Below are positions 37,292-47,079 of a DNA stretch of 64,000 bases, piece after piece. Made by a program: the position numbers and the translations under genes. Within the stretch, counting starts at the first letter, position 1. Each line of letters begins with the position of its first letter. This stretch comes from an uncultured bacterium (GTDB taxonomy: Bacteria > Chlamydiota > Chlamydiia > Chlamydiales > JAAKFR01): the NCBI GenBank assembly GCA_964588495.1, contig CAZPPS010000010.1, positions 1,281 to 65,280 of the forward strand, given 5' to 3'. The notes beneath the pieces were generated by a model. That model was not told the origin of the DNA, ran no database searches, and saw nothing but the letters and a program-made list of their open reading frames with translations.

Positions 37292-38457
37292 ATAATTTTG
37301 AATCTTTGAATTTAGACCCTTTGGTTCTCGATGCCATCCGGGAAATGGGTTATTTAACTCCCACTCCCATTCAGCAAAACACCATCCCCTTGATTATTGA
37401 GGGAAAAGATCTGATTGCTTTGGCTGAAACAGGCTCGGGAAAAACAGCTGCTTGCTGTATCCCCATTTGCCACAAAGTGGATCCCAAAAATATCCACGTA
37501 CAGGCGCTGATTGTGGTTCCGACGCGGGAGCTTGCCCTTCAATACGCGACCGAGGCCCAAAAAATTGGACGCGTCAAGCAGGTCAAAGCTTTTGCCCTCT
37601 TTGGAGGGGAAGACATGCAGATGCAGCGTGCCAAGCTCAAAGATGGTGTGCAAGTTTTGATTGCAACACCAGGCAGATTGATCGATTTTATCTACGCCCG
37701 GGCCATTAATTTGACACAAGTTGAGACACTTGTTCTCGATGAGGCCGATCAAATGCTCGGGATGGGTTTTTATGAGGACTTGGAATTTATTATCCAATGT
37801 CTGAACCACGCCCATCAAACTCTTCTATTTTCGGCAACCATGCCCAAACAGATCCGTTCGATTGCAAAAAACCACATGCAACAGCCGCTTGAGATCTCTC
37901 TGATTTCAGAACAATCAACTCCCGACTCGCTCACGCATCAATTTCTTTTTTGTCCGCAGCCTAAACAGCGCAGAGAAGAGCTATTAACCCTTCTTCAGGA
38001 AACCGATCCCAAACAGTGCCTTGTCTTTGTCAATTCAAGACGGGAAGTCGAAGAGCTCTACTATGCCTTTAAATCGAAGCTCTCAGGTGTTGATTACCTC
38101 CACGGTGGCCTTGAACAGAACATCCGGACAATTGTCACCAATAAATTCATGAAAGGAAAAATCCGTTACCTGATTGCAACAGACATTGCAGCAAGAGGGC
38201 TTGATTTTTCAAACGTCTCCCACGTCTTTAACTACCATTTCCCCTTCGACAATGAAACCTACCTGCACCGTGCAGGACGGACCGGTAGGTCGGGACGGAT
38301 TGGGACTTGCGTCACACTTGTCACTTCCCGCGACTTGTCTCAAGCAAGCCAGCTCTTCAAAATGCTGCACAAAGAGCCTGATTGGCTCAGAAAGCCCCCT
38401 TCGCGCTCTGCATCCACATCTGATAGATCCCCAAGACCTCCCCGCAAACAAGATTAG
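37264..38457 (+). CDS. DEAD-box ATP-dependent RNA helicase
   Basis: It has a Q-motif region (TPTPIQ), AETGSGKTAA, PTRELA, DEAD (LVLDEADQM), SAT and HRAGRTGRSG. The track ORF begins upstream at 37195, but ATG 37264 gives the typical N-terminus. Confidence 0.93.
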   Translation: MEADQTENVNNFESLNLDPLVLDAIREMGYLTPTPIQQNTIPLIIEGKDLIALAETGSGKTAACCIPICHKVDPKNIHVQALIVVPTRELALQYATEAQKIGRVKQVKAFALFGGEDMQMQRAKLKDGVQVLIATPGRLIDFIYARAINLTQVETLVLDEADQMLGMGFYEDLEFIIQCLNHAHQTLLFSATMPKQIRSIAKNHMQQPLEISLISEQSTPDSLTHQFLFCPQPKQRREELLTLLQETDPKQCLVFVNSRREVEELYYAFKSKLSGVDYLHGGLEQNIRTIVTNKFMKGKIRYLIATDIAARGLDFSNVSHVFNYHFPFDNETYLHRAGRTGRSGRIGTCVTLVTSRDLSQASQLFKMLHKEPDWLRKPPSRSASTSDRSPRPPRKQD

Positions 38458-38509
38458 TCGGTAACAAAGAGAGATTATTTTTGGACTTTTGTAGAAAAAG
38501 TTCCGTGTA

Positions 38510-38727
38510 AACTCAACACAAAAACACGAAGATACAAAGACACAAAGAGAGGGAAATTTTTCCTCTCTCGGTGTCCTCTGTGGTTTCATAAATTCCCGAA
38601 AAGCATTTTATCACAAGCGTGTATGGAAAAATAAAAAAACCACAGAGATCAGAGAGTACACAGAGAGGGGGACATAAATAACCCTATCTCTTTGTGTCTT
38701 TGCGTCTTTGTGTCTTCGTGTTGGATT
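38510..38727. repeat. Family A nested palindromic repeat, copy A4 (outer CACAAAGA arms, inner CCACAGAG arms)
   Basis: Outer arms are aactcaacacaaaaacacgaagatacaaagacacaaagagag and tctctttgtgtctttgcgtctttgtgtcttcgtgttggatt. Inner arms are ctctcggtgtcctctgtggtttcataaattcccgaaaagc and aaaaaccacagagatcagagagtacacagagag. Confidence 0.9.
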
Positions 38728-38811
38728 AAAACGCAACTTTTATACAAAAAATCCTCAAGCCTAGACAGGAAACAGAGAGAAGATAGCCTCTCTCTCTTTG
38801 TGTTTAAAGTG

Positions 38812-40389
38812 TTAGGTGGTTTTTTTCGCTTGGAACATGAGCCCCACCTCTGCCAGGTCTCTATCTGTCTTCAGCTTTTGCAAGCTGTATTCCGTTTTTT
38901 GCACAAGTTTTTCGAGATCGGCTAACATGATCTTTCTTGCAGATTCCACGCCGTGCTCCTGACAGAGAGTTAAAAACTCGATTTTTTTACCACTTGCATG
39001 GATTGCTTCATGGAAACTAAGGTGGCTTTCCCGTTTCTGTTGGATTGTCGTTTCGAGATCCTTGACCTCTTGAAGGATAGGGCCTCGCTTTTGTTCCAGT
39101 TCTTCTTCAGTGATCTCAAAGAGCTGACTATCTTCTGGTAGATTAAAGAAATTGAGAGGAGAGCCAAATAAACGTTCTCTGGCATTGTATTGATTGTGAA
39201 TACAGACGCCGATCTCAGCATCTACTGCTTTCTGGTCTTTGATCAACTTATCAAGAATTGCACGTTCTTCCAGGTTCAGCGTGCTAATTGATTTTTGATC
39301 TCCCTCAAATTTCTGACAATAGGTTTGCGTAAGACGGTAAGCGCTGAGTTCATGCTCCTTAAGGGCGATTTCTTTTTCCATTTTATTTTTAGACTTCAAG
39401 AATAAAAATTTCTCTTCCTGCAACTCAAAAGCCTCTTTGTGGCGGAATAAATGCTTTAATTCCTTAAAGTCAAACATTTCCTGAATGTCATAAGAGGGTG
39501 CTCGATTCATAGGAGATTTATTGGGGACTAAATTATCACAACACGCGTTTCCATAGAGGACGTATTCGTCGGATGGAGGCGAAAAGGAGAGAGTGAGTTC
39601 CTTAAAGTAGTGCTTTATATAGGTGATTTCTTTTTTAGAGAACAGGAGCAATAAGTTAGGTTCTTGGAGTTTACAAAAGATTTGTACTTTTCTTTCAAGC
39701 TCTGGAATAGATCCAAACATATTCTTCACTTGACCCTTCACAACCCTGGGTGAAACCTCAAATATTTGCTGAAGGAATGGGTCGCAAGTTTCGCAACTAT
39801 AGATGGAACCCTCGCCTTCAGATCTTTCGACATCCAAAGAGCCCAGTTTTTTAAGTGTTTTTTTAGCTTCCTTATTCGCTTGTAGCAATGTTTCTGAATC
39901 TATTTGCTGTATCTGAGACTTAATCTGATAAAGCGGATGCTTATTTAAAGCATAATTGGTAAACACACAAGCTACACGTCCCAAGTTGCTTGAAGAATTG
40001 GTCCATTCTGTCCAGCTTTCATTTGAAAAAAGGCGGCTGACATAGCCATCTGGCTTTTTAAGGGATTGCATCAATGTTTGATTGTTTGTGTTGTACATCA
40101 TCCAGAACACTTTAGCTAAAGAATTCAGATGTTTGCCATGGGTGCCATTCATGGCCAATACACATTCAAGAGCTTGGGTAAACCCTCGAATTTTGCGCAC
40201 AGTGGTCTCGATCATGTCAGTTGGGCTATAAGTAGTATCGTTAGTGAATATGCGAGTTAGCTCTTTTAGTTGGGACACATTTAGTGATTTTTTTGAAAAG
40301 CCAATGGAAGAATCGGAATAGCCTTGGCAAGCATTTTCATGATAAGCAATATTAGATGTAAAACGATAAGCTTCTGGCGCTTGAGACAT
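38812..40389 (-). CDS. Hypothetical 525-aa protein with coiled-coil-rich C-terminal half (candidate secreted effector)
   Basis: It is a long clean ORF with no recognisable catalytic motif, TM segment or signal peptide. It has charged heptad-like stretches (EKEIALKEHELSAYR..., LEQKRGPILQEVKDLETTIQQKRE). Confidence 0.45.
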   Translation of the reverse strand: MSQAPEAYRFTSNIAYHENACQGYSDSSIGFSKKSLNVSQLKELTRIFTNDTTYSPTDMIETTVRKIRGFTQALECVLAMNGTHGKHLNSLAKVFWMMYNTNNQTLMQSLKKPDGYVSRLFSNESWTEWTNSSSNLGRVACVFTNYALNKHPLYQIKSQIQQIDSETLLQANKEAKKTLKKLGSLDVERSEGEGSIYSCETCDPFLQQIFEVSPRVVKGQVKNMFGSIPELERKVQIFCKLQEPNLLLLFSKKEITYIKHYFKELTLSFSPPSDEYVLYGNACCDNLVPNKSPMNRAPSYDIQEMFDFKELKHLFRHKEAFELQEEKFLFLKSKNKMEKEIALKEHELSAYRLTQTYCQKFEGDQKSISTLNLEERAILDKLIKDQKAVDAEIGVCIHNQYNARERLFGSPLNFFNLPEDSQLFEITEEELEQKRGPILQEVKDLETTIQQKRESHLSFHEAIHASGKKIEFLTLCQEHGVESARKIMLADLEKLVQKTEYSLQKLKTDRDLAEVGLMFQAKKTT

Positions 40390-40645
40390 AAGAAAGCCCT
40401 TTGTGTGTTAATATTTTAATGATAAAAAATTTATCGGGTATTAATCTATACTGAAAGCACGACTTTATTCAAGAAATATTTAGCTCATCAAAATTTTCTC
40501 CTAAGAATTTATAGTAAATTAAGCAGCTCCAGGTCTTTACATGCGAAAATTATCTGATCGGCAAGTAATAGATTCTTATTTATTGGAACAAATTATATTA
40601 AGTGATTAACATCTTTTGTTTTAGGTAAAAACGCATGAGGTATTT

Positions 40646-41473
40646 ATGCAATCATTGAAAAAATTTTGTTTATTAGCAGCCGTTGCTGCCGTGGCTTGCG
40701 GTTCTGTGCAAGCGGAAGAGAACTGTTACGAAAAATATCGGGAATCTGCCATCAGCAGCGCAAGTGGCACTCCCTGGAACGCGGAGCGACACATTGAGCT
40801 GGTAAGACACGCCAATGATCTTGTCACAACGTGCCCGATTCCCAAAGCTTACCCAATTTCCATTGATGATTTGGAAGAAATTTATGGCGTCCGAGAAACA
40901 ATCCCTTTTTTCGCGTATAGCAGCATGATTGATATGGAATCTGCAGCCGTTAAAGCTATCTCAGTTCAAGGGGCTGCCACCCAAACACCCGCGATCGCTT
41001 TTGGGATTCAGCGTACTTTTAACCGAGCAATGCAAGCAGAAACAGTTGCTGGCGGCTTTGGCCCTCTTGCCCGTGAGAATGATCTTGCCATATTGAACTG
41101 TTTCTACAAAAAAGATGCTGTTGTCAATGGTGTTCTTTTTGATCTTCCTATTGAAGATTTGCAGATTTTGACAAAACGGGAAGTGGGCTATAACCTCATT
41201 CCGGTGACTGTGATGCGTTGGGACGATGCGTGCCATTCTTCTCAGCCACAAGCTTTTATCGCCTACACTTTCCAAACCCCCGACTACAAGGGACAAGGAG
41301 AGCGTTTCACAAGCCCAAACGTTAACCCAATTCCCCCCTACTTCAACAACCTCCAGAAAGGGATTAACAAGTGGGGTTCAGACTTTACAGCCATGTGGTG
41401 GGCCACAACCTACCTCGCGGACCAAAAAACCGTCGTGAACGCACTTCCCTACGAAAATATCGACCTGAAATAG
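40646..41473 (+). CDS. Secreted hypothetical protein, weakly gamma-glutamylcyclotransferase (AIG2/GGCT)-like
   Basis: The signal peptide is MQSLKKFCLLAAVAAVACGSVQA. FFAYSSMID ... VVNGVLFDLPIEDLQILTKREVGYNLIPVTV resembles GGCT-like folds (low confidence). Confidence 0.4.
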   Translation: MQSLKKFCLLAAVAAVACGSVQAEENCYEKYRESAISSASGTPWNAERHIELVRHANDLVTTCPIPKAYPISIDDLEEIYGVRETIPFFAYSSMIDMESAAVKAISVQGAATQTPAIAFGIQRTFNRAMQAETVAGGFGPLARENDLAILNCFYKKDAVVNGVLFDLPIEDLQILTKREVGYNLIPVTVMRWDDACHSSQPQAFIAYTFQTPDYKGQGERFTSPNVNPIPPYFNNLQKGINKWGSDFTAMWWATTYLADQKTVVNALPYENIDLK

Positions 41474-41605
41474 GCCGATTTCTCGCTTGTTATTATCGAT
41501 TTTCCCCATTTTCGATAATAACAAGCTTTCTTAATAATAAATTGATTTTACAAAATTTTTTATTTTAGATATCATTAAAGTTATCTATTTTCACAGGATT
41601 AATAA

Positions 41606-42385
41606 ATGAGTCAATCCGCTGGTGTGTTGGGAACAAATTTTGTACAACGATCGCAACCTACAGAGGAATCCTGTATGCCGATCGTATGCAAGACCACTCT
41701 CATAGGTCTTGGCATCCTTTGCATCATCGGAAGTGCTGTGGCGGCAGGAGTTCTCTTTTCTCATTTAGGCTATTCCTCTTTAGGCTTTCTTGCAGGTATT
41801 CCCATTGGGATTGGATTGATCATCCTTGGTGTGCGTTGTACAAAAGATGCAGCAGCGCCTGATCGTGTCCGAGCCCATTCAGAAGTTGAATTGCCAGCAG
41901 CTGCCAAAGAATTAAAAACTTATCTTTTTGACGAACTCTTTAGGAAGGATACGATCAAATACTGCCTGCCCCTTGGGAAAATGGTGTCCATCATCAATGA
42001 TTATTTGAAAGTATTTAATGAGAGACATGGGCTGCAATTGAAAGCGATGATAACCGTGCATGCCAACATTGAAAATGATCCTTGGCAAACGATTAAAATT
42101 CTGGATTGCAGCATTAAACAGGTGGGTCAAGAGTCTCCGTTTTTAAAGGCTCTCAATGATGATCTGTACAAAAATCACGGTCTCATTTCAAACGGGGGTG
42201 ATTCAAATCAGGTTGTCAGAGGTAAACAAAAGCAAACGCCCGTCTATTTTATAAAGAACAACGTTCCAATGTCTCCTCAAATCCAAATTTCACGCATCGA
42301 CATTCGAAAAATATTAAATCTGATTAATGAAGAGCAATATTTTCAGGAGCTCCAGGACGCCTACAAAGGCAAAAAAAGCGACTAG
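41606..42385 (+). CDS. Inc-like membrane protein
   Basis: Bilobed hydrophobic region: TTLIGLGILCIIGSAVAAGVLF..LGFLAGIPIGIGLIILGV. A soluble domain of about 170 aa follows. Confidence 0.55.
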   Translation: MSQSAGVLGTNFVQRSQPTEESCMPIVCKTTLIGLGILCIIGSAVAAGVLFSHLGYSSLGFLAGIPIGIGLIILGVRCTKDAAAPDRVRAHSEVELPAAAKELKTYLFDELFRKDTIKYCLPLGKMVSIINDYLKVFNERHGLQLKAMITVHANIENDPWQTIKILDCSIKQVGQESPFLKALNDDLYKNHGLISNGGDSNQVVRGKQKQTPVYFIKNNVPMSPQIQISRIDIRKILNLINEEQYFQELQDAYKGKKSD

Positions 42386-42395
42386 TTGTTTGCAA

Positions 42396-42536
42396 AGCCT
42401 TCCTGGAGTGTGGCGATTCTTCGTCGCCCTTCAATTGGTGAAAAGACCTTTTGGGTTGGGCAGACGTCTCCCAAACATTGAGTTCCCCTCCGAATTTTTT
42501 GCCCATAGAAGAGCGCCGCACTCCAGAAAGGTTAAG
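42396..42536. repeat. Family B palindromic repeat, copy B4
   Basis: The left arm is aagccttcctggagtgtggcgattcttcgtcgcccttcaattgg and the right arm is catagaagagcgccgcactccagaaaggttaag. Confidence 0.8.
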
Positions 42537-42651
42537 AACCCAAAACTCAGGTTAGGTTAAGATTTTTTTGCGGCGTCCAGGAGGATAAGATTAGTTCCCA
42601 GTTCTCCTAAATTTTGTGATTTTCTTACAAATCATCCTTTAGTTGACTGAG

Positions 42652-43485
42652 CTAATGAGCCTGAGAAAAGCCTAAGGATTTAATTTCCCAGTTTAAAGCT
42701 TCCAATCCTGACTTATTATCCTTGATTGATTGCGATATTTCGGCACTTTCTGCTTTTAGAGTCTCAATTTCTAACCGATACTGCTCTGTATTTTGAGTTA
42801 AATCGCTAATCTGTACTCTGAGCTTGACTATGTTAGTATTTAGGGTACTTTTATGTGTTTCTAAAAACTTTTGTCTTCTTTCTTTGATGATTTCGGCCTT
42901 GGTATCGGCATTGAAAATGACACGCTTATCAAGAAACCTCTTTACTGCATCAGGGTTTTTTAATGTATCCAACTCTTCTCTGTTTTTATCAATCTGTTCT
43001 TGAAATAAAGTAATCATGTCAGTGTCATCTTGCATATGCCGCTGCTGTATAAGGATAGCGTTCTGCTTAGCTTCCAAGTCTCTATTGAAATTCTCGTTTT
43101 TCGATACCAAATCTTTTTGCTTTAGAGTTAACTCATTCCTTTTATCTTCCGCTTTCTTTTCTGTTGTATTTGGGAGTTCTATTGTTACTGTTTCAGGATT
43201 TTCTGGTGGTTTTGTGGCATTTATTGGAGCAGAATCACTACGGAGGCTTTGGTAATCGGGTACAAAGGGAAGATTCTCATTTCTGGAAGGTTGGCCATCG
43301 TTTGGCGTACAGTAGGAACACAAAGCAAATAAACCATGGAAAAGACCTGCTGTTATAGCTCCAAAAACAAAACTTGCAACAGTAGTCGCAATTTTTGTGT
43401 CGGTGTTGTCGCCCCATTCCCGACATCCAGAGAATTCCAGGGGATCGAGAAATTTCCCAATATAATTAGTAATTGAATCGCCCAT
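42652..43485 (-). CDS. Membrane-anchored coiled-coil protein (Inc-like)
   Basis: An N-terminal hydrophobic stretch (IATTVASFVFGAITAGLFHGLFALCSY) precedes a long coiled-coil-like C-terminus (QEQIDKNREELDTLK..., LRVQISDLTQNTEQYRLEIETLKAE). Confidence 0.5.
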   Translation of the reverse strand: MGDSITNYIGKFLDPLEFSGCREWGDNTDTKIATTVASFVFGAITAGLFHGLFALCSYCTPNDGQPSRNENLPFVPDYQSLRSDSAPINATKPPENPETVTIELPNTTEKKAEDKRNELTLKQKDLVSKNENFNRDLEAKQNAILIQQRHMQDDTDMITLFQEQIDKNREELDTLKNPDAVKRFLDKRVIFNADTKAEIIKERRQKFLETHKSTLNTNIVKLRVQISDLTQNTEQYRLEIETLKAESAEISQSIKDNKSGLEALNWEIKSLGFSQAH

Positions 43486-43583
43486 GATTATCCTTTGATT
43501 TAGGCACTGATTATATAGATTAAATTATTAAAAATCAATATAAAAAAATTGAATATCTATTATCGATTTATTAACTATTTTTG

Positions 43584-45365
43584 CTAAATTAACAGTTTTT
43601 TTAGGCTGCCTAAGAGCACGTCGAGCCGTTTGTCGCAGGAGGCGATGGCTTTTTCGACGGCATGGGAATCTGGGAGGTTGTGCTTTTCGGTGAGGGCGCC
43701 GTAGATTTTGATTTTGGGTTCGGTTCCGGAGGGGCGGACGACGATTTTTGTCCCATCTTCGAGCCAGAAGCGGAGGACGTCTGATTTGGGAAGGAGAAGG
43801 GGCTCTTTGTGTCCGGTGGCTAAATTGAGAGATGTGTGGTGGAGATAATCTTCCAGAGTTAGAACGGGAATATCTGCGATCGTTTTGGGAGGGTGTTTGC
43901 GTAAATTTTTCATCATCTCCTCCATTTTGTCAGCCCCTTCTTTACCCTCATAGGTTAAAGAGAGGAGCTTTTCTCGGTAAACTCCGTAGGCTCGGTAGAT
44001 TTCAAAGAGAAGATCGACAAGCGTTTCATTAAACAGTTTTTGCTGAAGAGCTGCTTCACAGAGAGCGGCGGCAGAGATAATCGCGTCTTTATCCCTTACG
44101 TGGGTTCCGAGAAGGTAGCCGTAGCTCTCTTCTGCCCCGAAAATGAAGTTGTGTCTGGCAGTCAACGCATTTTTTTCCTCTTCCCATTGGTGAATCTTCT
44201 CGCCCACATATTTAAAGCCGGTCAAAACATCGAGACATCCGACATTGTAGTTCTCGGCGATTTTTTTGAAGAGCTCAGAGGTGACAATGGTTTTGATGCA
44301 CATGGGCTTTTGAGGCAATTTTTTGGATTCCGTGAGCGCTCTGCAGACAAATTCGAGGAGCAGGCAGGCCACTTGATTGCCATCGAAGAAAAAGGGTTTG
44401 CCCTTATGCATCACAACAACTCCGAGTCTATCTGTGTCCGGATCTGTCGCTATCAATAAGTCGCCGTTGACTTTCTCAAGCTCTTCAATTCCTAGCTTGA
44501 GGGCAGAATGTTCTTCGGGATTTGGGGATTTGACTGTGGGAAAATTGCCGTCAGGTTTGCTTTGGCTCTCGACGAGTGTGACATTCGAAAAACCCCACTC
44601 TTTGAGGGCGCGGGGGATCATGGTGATGCCGCTTCCATGAAGGCTTGAGTAAACGATGTGAAGTTTTTTGCCATTGGCTTGATCATCTTCAGCTTGAAGC
44701 TGCCACTCTTTGATCGCTTTTAAGTAAGCCGCATCAATCTCTTCATCCACTTCATGGATCAGCGCATTTTGGAGAGTTGTGGTCTTGATTTGCGAGAGTT
44801 TTGTGACTTTTTCCACTTCGTCGATGATATTCTGATCATGTGGAGGAAGGACCTGTCCGCCGTAGGACCAATAGACTTTGTAGCCATTATATTTGGGGGG
44901 ATTATGAGACGCTGTGATCAAAATCCCTGCGATGCACTTTTTGTGGAGCACCCCAAATGAAATGTTGGCGACAGGACGGAGCTCTTTATAGAGAAAAACT
45001 TCGATCCCATTAGCAGCAAACACTTTTGCAGCTTCTTCGGCAAATGCACGTGAGTTGTTGCGGCAGTCAAAGCCAATAAAAACAGAACGATTTGCATGTT
45101 GAAGAGGTTGTTGGTTGATGTAGTTGGCAAGGCCTTGGGTGGCAGCGCGCACGGTGTAAGGGTTCATCCGGTTGGTCCCAACGCCCATAATACCGCGCAA
45201 ACCGCCCGTTCCAAAGCTCATCTGCTTGTAGAACGCATCGACCAGTTCTTCAGGGTTTTCTTTTTGAAGGCGGCGGATCTCGTTTTTGGAGGTTTCATCG
45301 TAATCGCCTTCCAGCCACGTGTCGATATTCTTTTGTGTCTTTCGATCTACAACTGCTTGCACCAT
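43584..45365 (-). CDS. Alpha-D-phosphohexomutase (phosphoglucomutase/phosphomannomutase family, long form)
   Basis: The active-site Ser loop is TASHNPPKYNGYKVY and the metal loop is ATDPDTDRLG. The protein is 593 aa. Confidence 0.9.
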   Translation of the reverse strand: MVQAVVDRKTQKNIDTWLEGDYDETSKNEIRRLQKENPEELVDAFYKQMSFGTGGLRGIMGVGTNRMNPYTVRAATQGLANYINQQPLQHANRSVFIGFDCRNNSRAFAEEAAKVFAANGIEVFLYKELRPVANISFGVLHKKCIAGILITASHNPPKYNGYKVYWSYGGQVLPPHDQNIIDEVEKVTKLSQIKTTTLQNALIHEVDEEIDAAYLKAIKEWQLQAEDDQANGKKLHIVYSSLHGSGITMIPRALKEWGFSNVTLVESQSKPDGNFPTVKSPNPEEHSALKLGIEELEKVNGDLLIATDPDTDRLGVVVMHKGKPFFFDGNQVACLLLEFVCRALTESKKLPQKPMCIKTIVTSELFKKIAENYNVGCLDVLTGFKYVGEKIHQWEEEKNALTARHNFIFGAEESYGYLLGTHVRDKDAIISAAALCEAALQQKLFNETLVDLLFEIYRAYGVYREKLLSLTYEGKEGADKMEEMMKNLRKHPPKTIADIPVLTLEDYLHHTSLNLATGHKEPLLLPKSDVLRFWLEDGTKIVVRPSGTEPKIKIYGALTEKHNLPDSHAVEKAIASCDKRLDVLLGSLKKLLI

Positions 45366-45385
45366 TCCAGTCCCCTTAGTTTTTT

Positions 45386-46111
45386 TTAACCATAAAGGGC
45401 GTGGAGATTGTCTGCAAGAGGGGCAAAGAGCTTCTCATTCGATTCGGTAAATGCAAAAGGAAGGCCCTCATCGCCTCCTTCACAGATTCTGGAATTTAAG
45501 GCGACGGTGCCGAGAAGAGGGACGGAAAGTCTTTCCGAAAAAATGTTTCCCCGGCTTTTGCCAAAAGGAGGGCCCACCATGTTTTCGATGAGGCCAAGGG
45601 TTTTGATTTTGAGAAGATCGAAAGCGTGGACAGCTTTTTGAACATCCAAAAAGGCGACTTCTTGTGGTGTTGTCACAACCAGAGCGCCATCAACATGAAG
45701 GAGATTTTCAAGAGAGAGGGGGACATCTCCTGTGCCCGGAGGAAGATCGACAAAAAGGTAATCGAGCTCTGGCCATTTGATTTGGGTAAGCATTTTGTCG
45801 AGCATTTTGTGGAGCATGGGTCCGCGCCACACAACCGATTTTTCTTCTTCCAGAAAAAAGCCCATGGAGGCGCTGTGCACGTTGAATTTGTGAAAGGGGA
45901 GGCATGAGCCATCGGCTTCGATTTTTGGAGAGAGATTGCGCAGACCCATCAGGATGGGCAAGGAAGGACCATAAAGATCGGCATCGAGAATGCCCACTTT
46001 AAAGCCTTTGAGGGCCATCGCAACACTTAAGTTCACAGTCAAAGTGGATTTGCCAACGCCCCCTTTTCCTGCTCCGATTAAAAGCGTTCTCTCAGCTATC
46101 TTTTTTTTCAC
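45386..46111 (-). CDS. mrp: Mrp/ApbC/NBP35-family Fe-S cluster carrier ATPase
   Basis: It has the deviant Walker A GAGKGGVGKSTLTVNL, plus DADLYGPS and DLPPGTGD. Confidence 0.85.
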   Translation of the reverse strand: MKKKIAERTLLIGAGKGGVGKSTLTVNLSVAMALKGFKVGILDADLYGPSLPILMGLRNLSPKIEADGSCLPFHKFNVHSASMGFFLEEEKSVVWRGPMLHKMLDKMLTQIKWPELDYLFVDLPPGTGDVPLSLENLLHVDGALVVTTPQEVAFLDVQKAVHAFDLLKIKTLGLIENMVGPPFGKSRGNIFSERLSVPLLGTVALNSRICEGGDEGLPFAFTESNEKLFAPLADNLHALYG

Positions 46112-46511
46112 TGCGTAGCCGGTTCTCTTCTATGGTTTCAAAAGGGACACAAGGAACTTCCTCGTTTATCCCTTCACATTCTTTGGCAGTTTCATTCCAA
46201 GACTCGGAAGATTTTAAATTTTGGGGCCAAAAAGGGTAGGTGCGGCACTGAATCGGACGGGCGCCATACACTTCACACTTTTTATCTTTTAAAAAGATGC
46301 AGTCGAAGGTTTGTTTCATCTCAACTAAAGAAAAACGATTTCCAACTCTGCGCACATATCTTTGTATGAAAGTTTTGAGGGGCATTTGCAGAAAATCGGC
46401 CATCTCTTGCATTTCTTTTTCATTGACCCACACATAGCCAGGGGCCCCCGTGCAGCATTTGCCGCAACCTGTACACTTGAATTTTAGACCCTCAGAATAC
46501 CAACTGCTCAT
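46092..46511 (-). CDS. YkgJ-family (UPF0153, CxxCxxCC) zinc/iron-chelating protein
   Basis: FKCTGCGKCCTG near the N-terminus plus later Cys residues (CEVYGARPIQCRTYPFWP). Confidence 0.6.
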   Translation of the reverse strand: MSSWYSEGLKFKCTGCGKCCTGAPGYVWVNEKEMQEMADFLQMPLKTFIQRYVRRVGNRFSLVEMKQTFDCIFLKDKKCEVYGARPIQCRTYPFWPQNLKSSESWNETAKECEGINEEVPCVPFETIEENRLRSEKKDS

Positions 46512-46615
46512 TCTTCATCTTTCCTGCGGCGAATGTCACGCATACCTGCAACCACAAACAGTCCCAGGAAAATAACGCAGATGATTCCGATGACAACAGC
46601 TTCACGATCGATCAT
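46508..46615 (-). CDS. 35-aa single-TM micro-protein (own ORF call)
   Basis: Own translation: MIDREAVVIGIICVIFLGLFVVAGMRDIRRRKDEE. The ATG overlaps the upstream stop (ATGA) and the stop overlaps the ykgJ ATG (ATGA). Confidence 0.4.
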   Translation of the reverse strand: MIDREAVVIGIICVIFLGLFVVAGMRDIRRRKDEE

Positions 46616-47079
46616 AGAGTGATCACAATAGGGTTGAGGCCATTTGGTAGAAACCGCGTTGTAAAGACAACGAGAAAATAGCCGTGTTCAGAAGGGGCAA
46701 AGAGGCTTTTGACGCGCTCGTAATTTTTAAAAAAGCATCCTGTCCGTTTGTTCAAATCTACAAGGAGAGCGCAATCTTCTTCTTCAAATTCTACTGTTTC
46801 TGGAAGTGTTTCGTAGAAATGGTCGGAAAAAATCCGGAGCTGCTTTTTGTATAAAAGATCGGCGCACACATGTCCCCAGCCATTTTTTTTGATCAGATTG
46901 AGGATACGGGGAATGGATCTAAAAAGGTTGTCCTGGGGATAACCAGGGCTTTTTAAATGGACATTTTTAATCTCTGTTGCCAAACCTTTGGCTTCTGGTT
47001 TTTCAAGAAGTTCTTCGACTTCAAGATACCCATTGATGTTGAAAAATTTCTGTTGTTCTTTGGAAACGGTAAAACGCAT
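46612..47079 (-). CDS. Hypothetical protein
   Basis: The ORF track extends to 47130, but ATG 47079 (MRFTVSKEQQKFFNINGYLEVEELL) is the more plausible start. No confident motif. Confidence 0.4.
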   Translation of the reverse strand: MRFTVSKEQQKFFNINGYLEVEELLEKPEAKGLATEIKNVHLKSPGYPQDNLFRSIPRILNLIKKNGWGHVCADLLYKKQLRIFSDHFYETLPETVEFEEEDCALLVDLNKRTGCFFKNYERVKSLFAPSEHGYFLVVFTTRFLPNGLNPIVITL

